Below, one piece after another: positions 9,465 through 18,236 of a stretch of 64,000 bases of DNA. Position numbers and translations under genes: made by a program. Within the stretch, counting starts at the first letter, position 1, and every line of letters begins with the position of its first letter. The notes beneath the pieces were generated by a model. The model had not been told where the DNA came from and made no database searches. It was given only the letters and a program-made list of their open reading frames with translations. Source of the DNA: Candidatus Pacearchaeota archaeon (lineage in GTDB: Archaea; Nanobdellota; Nanobdellia; Pacearchaeales; GW2011-AR1); assembly GCA_038869895.1 (NCBI GenBank), contig JAWCQE010000004.1, positions 16,293-80,292 of the forward strand, in the 5' to 3' direction.

Positions 9465-9953
9465 GTGCCTTTAATTGATTCTTATAAAAGCAATGTTAAA
9501 AAAGAGATTCATCCAAAATCAATAATGAAACCTTTCTTTATAGCTAAAAAAAGTGAACCAGAAGAAATTTTTATGGCATTGCTTGATTCTTCCGATAAAG
9601 TTGAATGGTGGTATAAAAATAGGGAAGGAGAAAAAAAGTATTTTGCAATTCCTTATATTGAAAATGGGAAAGAATGGGCTTTTTATGTTGATTTTATTGT
9701 TAAATTCAAGGATGGAAGAATTGGTTTATTTGATACAAAAAGCGGAATAACAGCAAAAGATGCAAAAGCGAAGGCGGAAGCATTACAAAAATACATAAAA
9801 GAACAAAATAGTAAAGGTAAAAAACTTATCGGGGGGATTATTGCTCAAAGAAGGAAAGGAGATGAAACTCTTTACTTAAACAACAATGAACCATACGATT
9901 TTAATCAAAATGATTTCTCAAAGTGGAAAGTTTTAGATTTAAACGAGGTGTAA
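9465..9953 (+). CDS. PD-(D/E)XK nuclease-like C-terminal fragment, as found at the C-terminus of helicase-type restriction (Res-like) subunits; probably a gene remnant
   Basis: VEWWYKN...YFAIPY...FYVDFIVKFKDGRIGLFDTKSG matches the D...(D/E)xK core. There is no ATG: the track start is GTG, and the frame is open only from 9441 after an in-frame TAA. Confidence 0.4.
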   Translation: MPLIDSYKSNVKKEIHPKSIMKPFFIAKKSEPEEIFMALLDSSDKVEWWYKNREGEKKYFAIPYIENGKEWAFYVDFIVKFKDGRIGLFDTKSGITAKDAKAKAEALQKYIKEQNSKGKKLIGGIIAQRRKGDETLYLNNNEPYDFNQNDFSKWKVLDLNEV

Positions 9954-10048
9954 TAGAGCATAATTTAGAGAGTCTAAAGCTGGAAATAACCAAATAATTC
10001 TTATATCACAAGCAAAATGTTGGTATCTTAATTCTAAGGATTAAGTAA

Positions 10049-10072
10049 TCGTGGGGGCGTAAATCCTAAGGA
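10049..10072. repeat. direct repeat copy 2 (orphan tRNA-Arg 3' end); candidate attR
   Basis: Identical 19-mer tcgtgggggcgtaaatcct, flanked by the short inverted motif aggatt / aatcct. Confidence 0.6.
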
Positions 10073-10343
10073 CAGCTTCTCAGCATTTTTCTTAGGATAT
10101 TTCTGAAGTTTAAAAACAATAATTTTACACCTTTTTTGTTTAGATGTGGTTAAGTTTTACTTAAGTCTTCTTGGCTATATTCTGCTCTATTTTCCAATAA
10201 ATCATTTTTCTTAAAAGAACTAAACACCCTTTCTACTTCTTTTTTATCACTAGTTTGCCTTTTTACTTTTATCATAATTTTATAAATGATATACTAATAT
10301 AAGGATTTTTCCGACGAGAAATTATAAAAATTGTTAATAACAA

Positions 10344-11474
10344 TCATTTAAACTCAACAAGATTCTTTTTTATATAAAATGAGATTTCATCAGACACAAA
10401 ACTTGCTCCGTTCTCATTAAAATGCATATCATCGTACATATAATCAAGCGTTTTTGGAACTTTTTGTTCAAGGTCAATACAATAAATGTCTTTATTATCT
10501 TCACATACCTCAAGAAGGACTTTATTAAATTCTTCCATTAAATGCATCATAGTTTTTGTAGGAAAATACGTATCTCCAAAATCATACGTCATCCAAAGGC
10601 TTGCATCTTCTTCTGGAGTCATATTTTCTTTATAGAGGTAAGGTTGTGTCATGAAAAGAAGAGCACTATTTTTTTCTTTAGACAACTCAATGAATCTTTC
10701 TAGATTTTTTTTATAATCTTCAAGTGCTAGATTTAAATCAGGGGTTTCGTTTATCCAAATTTTTGCATTTTGTCTTTTTAACCTGTTCTCAACAAGAGTA
10801 TTTCCAGTACTATCTTGAGGTTTAACTTTTTTAAATTTTAAGTCTATAGTCTTGTAAATCTTATAAATTAGTGTTGATTTCCAACTATAACCTGGAGATA
10901 CACTAAAAGTATAACTTTCCGTATTATTGGATTCGCTTTCATTAAATGGCTTCCATGCTTCCTGCATGCTTAATCTAAACAACACATCATTAGCCCCAGT
11001 TAACAAAATAATTAAATCAGGTTCATAATAATCTGGAAGGTATTTCAATGCAAGAATGTTATTTCTAAGACCATGTCCACTTTTTCCAATATTCATTGTA
11101 ACAACTTTTTTATTATCAATTGTTTTATTCAATTTTTTCATTAAAAGAAAAGCCCAAGTCTCATTATTGTCTAAGTATAAACATTCGGAAGTGCTCCCCC
11201 CAATAATTAGAATCCTATACTCATTATCATGACTTTTAATTTCATCACCCCTATATCCAAACCTATTAATTGTAAAATGAGATTCGCCACTGATTCCTCT
11301 AAATATACTTGAGTTCGGATGAAATAAATATTCATAATTTGGAGGCCACACATAAAAATAATTTATTTTTGAAACATTTTTATAATTAAGATATTCAAAA
11401 AAAGCCATACCTAATGCTAATGTAATCAAGATAATAAGGGAATACAATATCCCCCTCTTTATTTTATTTTCCAT
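10344..11474 (-). CDS. membrane-anchored SGNH/GDSL-like hydrolase
   Basis: N-terminal TM helix. Block I-like ILIIGGSTSE, block III GANDV, block V DDMHFNENG (DxxH). Confidence 0.6.
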   Translation of the reverse strand: MENKIKRGILYSLIILITLALGMAFFEYLNYKNVSKINYFYVWPPNYEYLFHPNSSIFRGISGESHFTINRFGYRGDEIKSHDNEYRILIIGGSTSECLYLDNNETWAFLLMKKLNKTIDNKKVVTMNIGKSGHGLRNNILALKYLPDYYEPDLIILLTGANDVLFRLSMQEAWKPFNESESNNTESYTFSVSPGYSWKSTLIYKIYKTIDLKFKKVKPQDSTGNTLVENRLKRQNAKIWINETPDLNLALEDYKKNLERFIELSKEKNSALLFMTQPYLYKENMTPEEDASLWMTYDFGDTYFPTKTMMHLMEEFNKVLLEVCEDNKDIYCIDLEQKVPKTLDYMYDDMHFNENGASFVSDEISFYIKKNLVEFK

Positions 11475-11751
11475 ATGCTCTCTTATAGTAAGAAAAATAA
11501 TGTTTTAAAGATTATTAATGGCTTTTTAATAACAAACCAATTTGTTTTATTGAAAATTATCATAGTTAGACTTTTAAATTAATTATCACTATCTTCATTA
11601 TGAAAATATTAAAATTGATTGGGTTTTTATTCACATATGTGGTTTTCACAACTATACTCTTTTTTATTTTTAAACTAAAATATCCACTAACTCTTTATAA
11701 AGTTGTTTTAATTACTCTCTCTTTGCTGTTATTAGGGGGTTTAATAAAAAG

Positions 11752-11997
11752 ATGGCTAAAGTAAAAGAGATGTTTGATGAGTTTAAAGAAGGAAGCAAAA
11801 TGTTCGGAGAATTGATTTCTGCCATAATAAATTTTTTATTACTTTCTATTGTTTATTTTATTGGAGTTGGTTTAACTTCAATATTTGCAAGGGTTTTTGG
11901 AAAAAAATTTATCGATGACAACGCAACTAAAGAGAGTTACTGGGAGGAACTAAACTTAACTACTCAATCATTTAAAGAATATTATAGGCAATTTTAA
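11752..11997 (+). CDS. small membrane protein, SxtJ-like
   Basis: One or two hydrophobic helices. IFARVFGKKFIDDNATKESYWEEL resembles the RxxGKDxL...SYW signature of SxtJ-family proteins that accompany carbamoyltransferases. The stop abuts the carbamoyltransferase start. Confidence 0.4.
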   Translation: MAKVKEMFDEFKEGSKMFGELISAIINFLLLSIVYFIGVGLTSIFARVFGKKFIDDNATKESYWEELNLTTQSFKEYYRQF

Positions 11998-11998
11998 A

Positions 11999-13759
11999 AT
12001 GAACATATTAGGAATATCTTGCTACTATCACGACTCATCAGCAGCTCTATTAAAAGATGGAAAAATAGTTGCTGCAGCACAAGAAGAAAGATTTACAAGA
12101 AAAAAACATGATATTTCTTTTCCAATTAACGCAGTAGAGTATTGTCTTAAAAACCAAAATTTGAAGATTGAAGATATAGATTATATTGCTTTTTATGAAA
12201 AACCTTTGTTAAAGTTTGAGAGATTATTGTACCAACATTTACAATATTTTCCAAAAAGTTATAAGGTATTTCTTTCAAATATGCCTTCATGGTTCAATGA
12301 AAAGTTAAGAGTCTTAAAAACTATTAGAAAAAAACTAAAATACAGAAAAAATGTTTTATTTGTTGAACACCATATGGCACATGCAGCAGGCTCGTTCTTT
12401 CCAAGCCCATTCAAAGAGTCTGCCATAATCACCATAGATGGAGTAGGTGAATGGACAACTACCTCTTATGGAGTTGGTAAGGAAAATAATATCAATTTAA
12501 TAAAGTGTATAAATTTTCCACATTCTTTAGGTTTGTTATACTCTACAATAACTGCTTATTTGGGATTTAGTGTTAATAATTCCGAATATAAAGTTATGGG
12601 ATTAAGCGCTTATGGAAATACTAATAGAAAAACAAATATGTATTATAAAAAACTGAAGAAGGTTATTGAGATAAAAGAGGATGGGAGTTATAAACTAAAC
12701 ATGAATTATTTCACCTATTCTTATAAAAATAGGATGCCATCTAAAAAATTATGTCTTCTCTTGGACGGGCAAGTAAGAAATCCTGATGAACCAATTACAC
12801 AGAGGCATAAAGATATTGCTGCAGCCTTACAACTAATTTATGAGGATGCTTTGTTTAAAATTGCAAATTATGTCTACAAAAAAACTAAATGTGATAATTT
12901 GGTTATTGCAGGAGGCTGTGCATTAAATAGTGTGGCTAACGGAAAGATATTAAAAGAAACTCCATTTAAAAAAATCTGGTGCCAGCCAGATCCTGGAGAT
13001 GGAGGAACAAGTATTGGTGCAGCTATTTTTGTCTATAATGCTTTACTAAATAAAAAAAGAGAATATGTATTAGATAACCCTTATTTAGGTCCAAAATATT
13101 CTAATGTTGAGATAAAAAAGTTCCTAAATGAAAATTCTATTAAATTTTTAGAATTTAAGAATGAAAAAGAACTTATCAAATTAATACCAAGATTAATATT
13201 TAAAAATAATATAATAGGATGGTTTCAAGGAAGGATGGAGTGGGGGCCAAGAGCATTAGGAAATAGAAGTATATTATCTAATCCTACCAATCCTAAAATG
13301 AAAGAAATATTAAATTTAAAAGTAAAACATAGAGAGAAATTTAGGCCCTTTGCACCAGTAGTATGCAGAGAAGATGCTTTAAAATATTTTGATTGTGATA
13401 TCCCTATTCCAAACCCAACAGATTTTATGTTAATGGTTTATCCAATAAAAAAAGAATGGCACAAAAAAATCCCAGCAGTAACTCATGTTGATGGAAGTGG
13501 TAGATTACAAATTATAAGAAGAAATAATAATCCTCTTTATTATGATTTAATAAAAGAATTTGGTAAACTAAGCACAATTCCTATTTTAATTAACACCTCT
13601 TTTAATATAAGGGGAGAACCTATTGTATGCACACCAAAAGATGCTTATAGATGTATGATGGGAACCGGCATAGATTATTTAGTAATGGGAAAATTTTTGA
13701 TTAAAAGAGAAGATAACCCTAAAGATATGTGGGATAGCGAAGGATCTGCAAAAGATTAA
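11999..13759 (+). CDS. carbamoyltransferase (NodU/CmcH family)
   Basis: N-terminus MNILGISCYYHDSSAALLKDGKIVAAAQEERFTRKKHD and C-terminal LINTSFNIRGEPIV are diagnostic. The 586 aa size fits. Confidence 0.9.
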   Translation: MNILGISCYYHDSSAALLKDGKIVAAAQEERFTRKKHDISFPINAVEYCLKNQNLKIEDIDYIAFYEKPLLKFERLLYQHLQYFPKSYKVFLSNMPSWFNEKLRVLKTIRKKLKYRKNVLFVEHHMAHAAGSFFPSPFKESAIITIDGVGEWTTTSYGVGKENNINLIKCINFPHSLGLLYSTITAYLGFSVNNSEYKVMGLSAYGNTNRKTNMYYKKLKKVIEIKEDGSYKLNMNYFTYSYKNRMPSKKLCLLLDGQVRNPDEPITQRHKDIAAALQLIYEDALFKIANYVYKKTKCDNLVIAGGCALNSVANGKILKETPFKKIWCQPDPGDGGTSIGAAIFVYNALLNKKREYVLDNPYLGPKYSNVEIKKFLNENSIKFLEFKNEKELIKLIPRLIFKNNIIGWFQGRMEWGPRALGNRSILSNPTNPKMKEILNLKVKHREKFRPFAPVVCREDALKYFDCDIPIPNPTDFMLMVYPIKKEWHKKIPAVTHVDGSGRLQIIRRNNNPLYYDLIKEFGKLSTIPILINTSFNIRGEPIVCTPKDAYRCMMGTGIDYLVMGKFLIKREDNPKDMWDSEGSAKD

Positions 13760-13813
13760 AGAATACAATGAGGTGTTCGTTAAATTTATAAATAACGAAA
13801 AGATTATTTTAAA

Positions 13814-13975
13814 ATGGAAGGCAATAGAAGTTTACTTGGTGAAGTTTGGGATTATTTAAAAGTCAGAAAGAAATGGTGGCTTTTACCAATAATAATTTTA
13901 ATAATCTTGGCTGCTACCTTCATCACATTTGGACAAAGTAGCGTATTGTCGCCGTTTATTTATGCATTAGGATAA
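13814..13975 (+). CDS. DUF5989-like small membrane protein (53 aa, not in the ORF track)
   Basis: Hand translation: MEGNRSLLGEVWDYLKVRKKWWLLPIIILIILAATFITFGQSSVLSPFIYALG. The RKKWWLLPII...SPFIYxL pattern matches the small protein usually encoded after this carbamoyltransferase family. Confidence 0.6.
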   Translation: MEGNRSLLGEVWDYLKVRKKWWLLPIIILIILAATFITFGQSSVLSPFIYALG

Positions 13976-14236
13976 ATGGATAATCACTTCTCCATAATCA
14001 AAAAAGAAATAGAAGAAGGTGACTTAGGGTTATCTAAAAAATGAGTAGAATTTAACAGAAAAATTAAGTAATTAATGCTTTGAAAAATGTATTGTAGCAA
14101 TTTAAAAAGAACAATTGAAATATCAAAAATAGTATCTCAAAGATTAAATATCCATTTGATTATAGAACCATCTTTAAATGAATTTAAATTTGACATTCTA
14201 AAACTGAAAAAATAATTAACATTCACAAAAGAAAAA

Positions 14237-14872
14237 ATGAAAAAGAAAAGGCTATTAATAATTTCATTAATTTTCTTAGCTTTGTTTTGTATAGTATTAG
14301 GACAAATAATATTCAATGGATTATTGGTTAAAATAGATAATATTGTTAATTCATTTATACCTGAAATTCAAAATCCTATTTTTATTTTAATATCTACATG
14401 GATAGATTATTTTTTTAATATAATTACAATATTCATTATTTTATTGATAATTTCCGTAGTTTTTTTATTAAAAAATCATAAACGAAAGACAATAATTTTA
14501 TCTGTTGGTTTTATACTTATTACTTTTATTACAAGTATTTTAAAATACCTGATTCATAGAGCTAGACCATTAAACAACTTAATATTCGAAAATGATTTTT
14601 CATATCCTAGTGGACATGTATCAATTACACTAGTCTTTTTTGGCTTACTGCTCTATCTATTTTGGGATTCATTTAAAAATAAGAAAGAAAAAATTTTTGT
14701 TACAACCTCTTATTGTCTTGTTGTAGTAATTGTAGCCTTTTCAAGAGTTTATCTAAATGTCCATTGGCTAAGTGATATAATTGGGAGCATTTTTATTGGA
14801 TTGTTCACACTTTTTATGATTATTTATTTAGACAAATCCAGTAATAAATTATTTGCAAAACTAAAAAAATGA
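14237..14872 (+). CDS. PAP2-family lipid phosphatase (undecaprenyl/dolichyl-diphosphatase-like)
   Basis: KYLIHRARP, YPSGH and SRVYLNVHWLSD match the three PAP2 motifs. The protein is polytopic. Confidence 0.8.
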   Translation: MKKKRLLIISLIFLALFCIVLGQIIFNGLLVKIDNIVNSFIPEIQNPIFILISTWIDYFFNIITIFIILLIISVVFLLKNHKRKTIILSVGFILITFITSILKYLIHRARPLNNLIFENDFSYPSGHVSITLVFFGLLLYLFWDSFKNKKEKIFVTTSYCLVVVIVAFSRVYLNVHWLSDIIGSIFIGLFTLFMIIYLDKSSNKLFAKLKK

Positions 14873-14935
14873 AAATTAAGATGATTGCCACCATTAGTCC
14901 TACAACAAAATATTATGGAATACTAAAAAATCTGA

Positions 14936-15160
14936 AACAGGCAAGGAGTAGAAATTGGAAATCAATATAAAAGGATTCTTTTTTACACAAATAAATTACA
15001 AAAAAACTTGCAAAAAAAATCAAAAGAACAAATGCAAAAAGTTTTAAAAGAGAAAATTACGACACAAATTGTCAAAACAAAGAAATTTTACAAGGCAGGA
15101 GAATACCATCAAAAATATCTTAAGAAAATGGGGGATAGAAAGTTGCCAGATATAAGATGA
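14936..15160 (+). pseudogene. msrA: msrA (peptide methionine sulfoxide reductase A) C-terminal relic
   Basis: Frame opens just after an in-frame TGA (14933-14935). It reads NRQGVEIGNQYKRILFY...KITTQIVKTKKFYKAGEYHQKYLKKMG, matching the MsrA C-terminal blocks (RQG.D.G.QYRS.I and ITTEI....FY.AE.YHQ.YL.KNP). The catalytic N-terminal part is absent. Confidence 0.65.
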
Positions 15161-15828
15161 AAGTTATTGAAGGAAAAAGAAAAGATTTAGAAAAAAAAGC
15201 TTCAAATATTATTGAACTTGAAATAAAAAAATTACTAAAGGAAAAAAAATCGATTGTTTTTGGAATTGTTGGAGGAAAAAGTATTGTTGGAATCCTAAAA
15301 CAAATTAAAAATTCAGATATAGAATGGAATAAGGTACATATATTTATGGTTGATGAAAGAAGAGTTTCTCTCAAAAACAAAGAGAGTAATTTCAAAATTG
15401 TTAATGAATTTCTTCTTAATTACTTGATTAAAAATAAAAAAATAAAAAAGAAAAATATTCATCCATATCATTATAGTACCCCAATTAAAAAATATTCTAA
15501 TGAATTAAAAAAACACGGAGGAAAATTTGATATAATAATATTGAGTAGTGGAGAAGACGGACATATTGCAGGATTATTTCCAAATTCAACTATAAAAAAT
15601 AAAAGCAATTATTTTATAACTTTCAACAATTCTCCAAAATATCCAAAAAAAAGAATATCGGCCTCAAAAAAACTCTTAGAAAAATCAAACGTAGCAATTC
15701 TATTGTTTTTTGGAAATAATAAGAAAGAAGCATATAAAAAATTTAATGAAAAAAGAATTTCTATTTTGGAATGCCCGGCAAAATTAGTTAGAAAAATAAA
15801 GAGGACTTATGTTTTAAGAGCATCATAA
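15157..15828 (+). CDS. pgl: 6-phosphogluconolactonase
   Basis: GIVGGKSI, VHIFMVDERRV and FDIIILSSGEDGHIAGLFPNS match the Pgl/NagB-family signature. Confidence 0.78.
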   Translation: MKVIEGKRKDLEKKASNIIELEIKKLLKEKKSIVFGIVGGKSIVGILKQIKNSDIEWNKVHIFMVDERRVSLKNKESNFKIVNEFLLNYLIKNKKIKKKNIHPYHYSTPIKKYSNELKKHGGKFDIIILSSGEDGHIAGLFPNSTIKNKSNYFITFNNSPKYPKKRISASKKLLEKSNVAILLFFGNNKKEAYKKFNEKRISILECPAKLVRKIKRTYVLRAS

Positions 15829-16457
15829 AGTCCTTTCAAAGCTTGTTTTGGATTATCGCTTCTTGATACAAAACTTCCAGAGTTTATTATTGTTGCTCCT
15901 GCATCAACTAAATCTTTAATTGTATGGGGATTAACTCCTCCATCAACTTGTAAAGGAATTCTTTTATTTAATTTTCTTAAATTTTGAAGCTTGTAATATG
16001 TTTTATGTAAAAGATGCTGTTTTTCTCTTCCTGGATTAACCCCCATAATTAAAATTCCTTCGACATAATTTAAAAAAGGAAAAACTTCATCCTCTCTAAC
16101 TTCTGGACTAATAGCAATAAAAGCTTCCATATCAAGTTTGTGAATATCGTTAACAAGTTTTTTAACTTTATCTTCACTTAATTGTGTCGTAGGGTAGTGA
16201 AAAATAACTTTTTTAAAACCTTTATTTTTAAGCCTTTTAATCCAACTTCTTGGGTTTCTTACCATTAAATGAGCTTCAAATTCAACTTTATAGTTTCTTA
16301 AATTTGGAACATTACTCAGCTTTATCGATTTTTTTGTTACAAAATGTCCGTCCATAAAATCTACCTGTAGTTTTTTTGAAATTGGAACAAGTTTGTTGAA
16401 TTTCTCATCAAACATTCTTTTTGATGTTGCAAATATTGTGGGAATTATTTCTACCAT
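15807..16457 (-). CDS. rpe: ribulose-phosphate 3-epimerase
   Basis: VDFMDGHFV, AHLMV, MGVNPG and QVDGGVN motifs. Confidence 0.85.
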   Translation of the reverse strand: MVEIIPTIFATSKRMFDEKFNKLVPISKKLQVDFMDGHFVTKKSIKLSNVPNLRNYKVEFEAHLMVRNPRSWIKRLKNKGFKKVIFHYPTTQLSEDKVKKLVNDIHKLDMEAFIAISPEVREDEVFPFLNYVEGILIMGVNPGREKQHLLHKTYYKLQNLRKLNKRIPLQVDGGVNPHTIKDLVDAGATIINSGSFVSRSDNPKQALKGLYDALKT

Positions 16458-16467
16458 CTTATTTAAT

Positions 16468-16923
16468 CTACATTGATTTTCTTTCGTAATTAGTTATTTT
16501 TTTAATTCTTCTTTTATGTCTTTGTTCTCTTGAAAATGGAGTCCTAAGCCATAGCCAAATTAATTCAAAGGCTTCTTTTTCAGATAAAAACCCTGCCCCT
16601 AATGACAAAATGTTTGCATCATTATGTTCCCTTGATAATTTAATTATTTTTTTATTTTTCACATAACAAACTACTGCCCTTATATGTCTAACTTTATTTG
16701 CGGCAATTGCTTCCCCTTGTCCTGAAAAACCAATAATAATCCCCTTAGATTTAGTTTTAGCAACCTTCTCTGCAGTTTTAATTATAAAATCAGGATAATC
16801 ATCGTTTTTATTGTAAGAATATGCCCCCATATCTTCATAAGAAATCTTTTTTCTTTTAAGAAATGATTTAATTTTTTCTTTTAATTTAAATCCCGCATGA
16901 TCCGATGCAAGAAATACTTTCAT
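16468..16923 (-). CDS. rpiB: ribose-5-phosphate isomerase B
   Basis: MKVFLASDHAGFKLKE, GIIIGFSGQGEAIAANK and ANILSLGA are typical of RpiB/LacAB. Confidence 0.9.
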   Translation of the reverse strand: MKVFLASDHAGFKLKEKIKSFLKRKKISYEDMGAYSYNKNDDYPDFIIKTAEKVAKTKSKGIIIGFSGQGEAIAANKVRHIRAVVCYVKNKKIIKLSREHNDANILSLGAGFLSEKEAFELIWLWLRTPFSREQRHKRRIKKITNYERKSM

Positions 16924-17810
16924 TTTAATAATTTATGCCCTCCAAATTCATTTCTTACAGCAGCAATTATTTTTTTTCCAAGTAAAAAATCTTTAGTTTT
17001 ATTTTTTCTTATTTTAACGGCGACATCAAAAGCTGGAGAAAATCCTTCGATTGAATTCTTTGTTTTAATTAATTCATTAATTGTTATACTTTCAATTTTA
17101 GGTTTAATTTTATTAAAGTCATTTCTCTTTAATGTATTAGCAGTCAATTCAATAAGCAAACTCTGAATTATAGAACCATTATTCCATATTCTAACAGCTT
17201 TAAGTAAATTTATTCTTTTTTTATCAAGGAGTTCAATACCTTCTGCTATTCCTTGGAGGTAAACATATTCAATTATATTATGGACGGATTTAACAAAATG
17301 TCCGCTTCCAGCTTCACCAAAATAGGCATATCCATTTTTTGGGGATAATGCCCTGCAAATAAATTCTATTTCTTTAAATTTAGTTTTTTTTCCACCAATC
17401 ATCAAAACATATCCGTTTCTAAATCCAAGGATTCCACCAGAAACACCAAAATCAAAAAATACTACTCCATTCTTCTCACATAACTTACTCTGTTTTTCTG
17501 CATTTTTGTAAAAATCATTTGCTCCATTAATCAATATATCTTCATTACTCAGAAGTTTTAAAACTCTTTTAATCATATCATTTGTCGGTTTTCCTGCAGG
17601 AAGCATTATCAAAATAATTTTTCTCTTTGAATTTAAGTTAGCAATAAGTTCTTCAAGTGAATAAGCTGGAATGGCTCCTTTTGATTTTATTTTATCAACT
17701 TTATCTCTCGAACGATTATAAGCAACAACTCTAATTCCTCTATTTAAAAGTCTTTCACTCATTCCTATCCCCATTTTCCCCAAACCAATCATGCCAACCT
17801 CTTTTATCAT
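16920..17810 (-). CDS. gnd: 6-phosphogluconate dehydrogenase (decarboxylating), short YqeC-like form
   Basis: NAD-binding VGMIGLGKMGIGMSERL, GGVSGG-like FGVSGGILG and GSGHFVKSVHN. A 4-nt overlap links it to rpiB. Confidence 0.8.
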   Translation of the reverse strand: MIKEVGMIGLGKMGIGMSERLLNRGIRVVAYNRSRDKVDKIKSKGAIPAYSLEELIANLNSKRKIILIMLPAGKPTNDMIKRVLKLLSNEDILINGANDFYKNAEKQSKLCEKNGVVFFDFGVSGGILGFRNGYVLMIGGKKTKFKEIEFICRALSPKNGYAYFGEAGSGHFVKSVHNIIEYVYLQGIAEGIELLDKKRINLLKAVRIWNNGSIIQSLLIELTANTLKRNDFNKIKPKIESITINELIKTKNSIEGFSPAFDVAVKIRKNKTKDFLLGKKIIAAVRNEFGGHKLLK

Positions 17811-18236
17811 ATTTAAAAAAAGAAGGGTATATTTTTATAGTTAACTAATTAGAAGGCTATTAAAGAAACGTCTGAAATTTTGAACAAAGAATTAACTATG
17901 TTTGACCATTAGGGGGTTTTTCTTTATTTCCTATCTAACAAAATTACAACCAAAAATTCTTCTGTTGTTGTCTTAGGTAAAATTCAAATTGTAATAGAAA
18001 ACATTGTTAGCGGCCCTCTTGAATTTTATGATTTTTGGATCTGGCATCTATACGGGAGAAAAAAAGAATTTTGGAATATGATTAATTATTGGACAAATAT
18101 TAATTATTTCACTCACATCAACAATGTACACTGTGATACCGGATATATTTTTATTGCCCCTTCCACCAATTTTATTACCATAATATAGTAGTAATTTACG
18201 AAAGATTTAAAAAGATTAAATTAATACAATACTCAT

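Noticed and set aside
8388-9953. Methyltransferase plus nuclease fragment as a restriction-modification system.
   Set aside because: The methyltransferase has small-molecule/Methyltransf_11-23-like motifs and no (D/N)PPY DNA-methylase motif. The nuclease is a start-less fragment. A functional R-M system is therefore not supported.
13776-13799. 7-bp inverted repeat (ttcgtta N10 taacgaa) between the carbamoyltransferase and the DUF5989-like ORF.
   Set aside because: The stem is short and A/T-rich, so it could arise by chance. It is noted only as a possible intercistronic hairpin.
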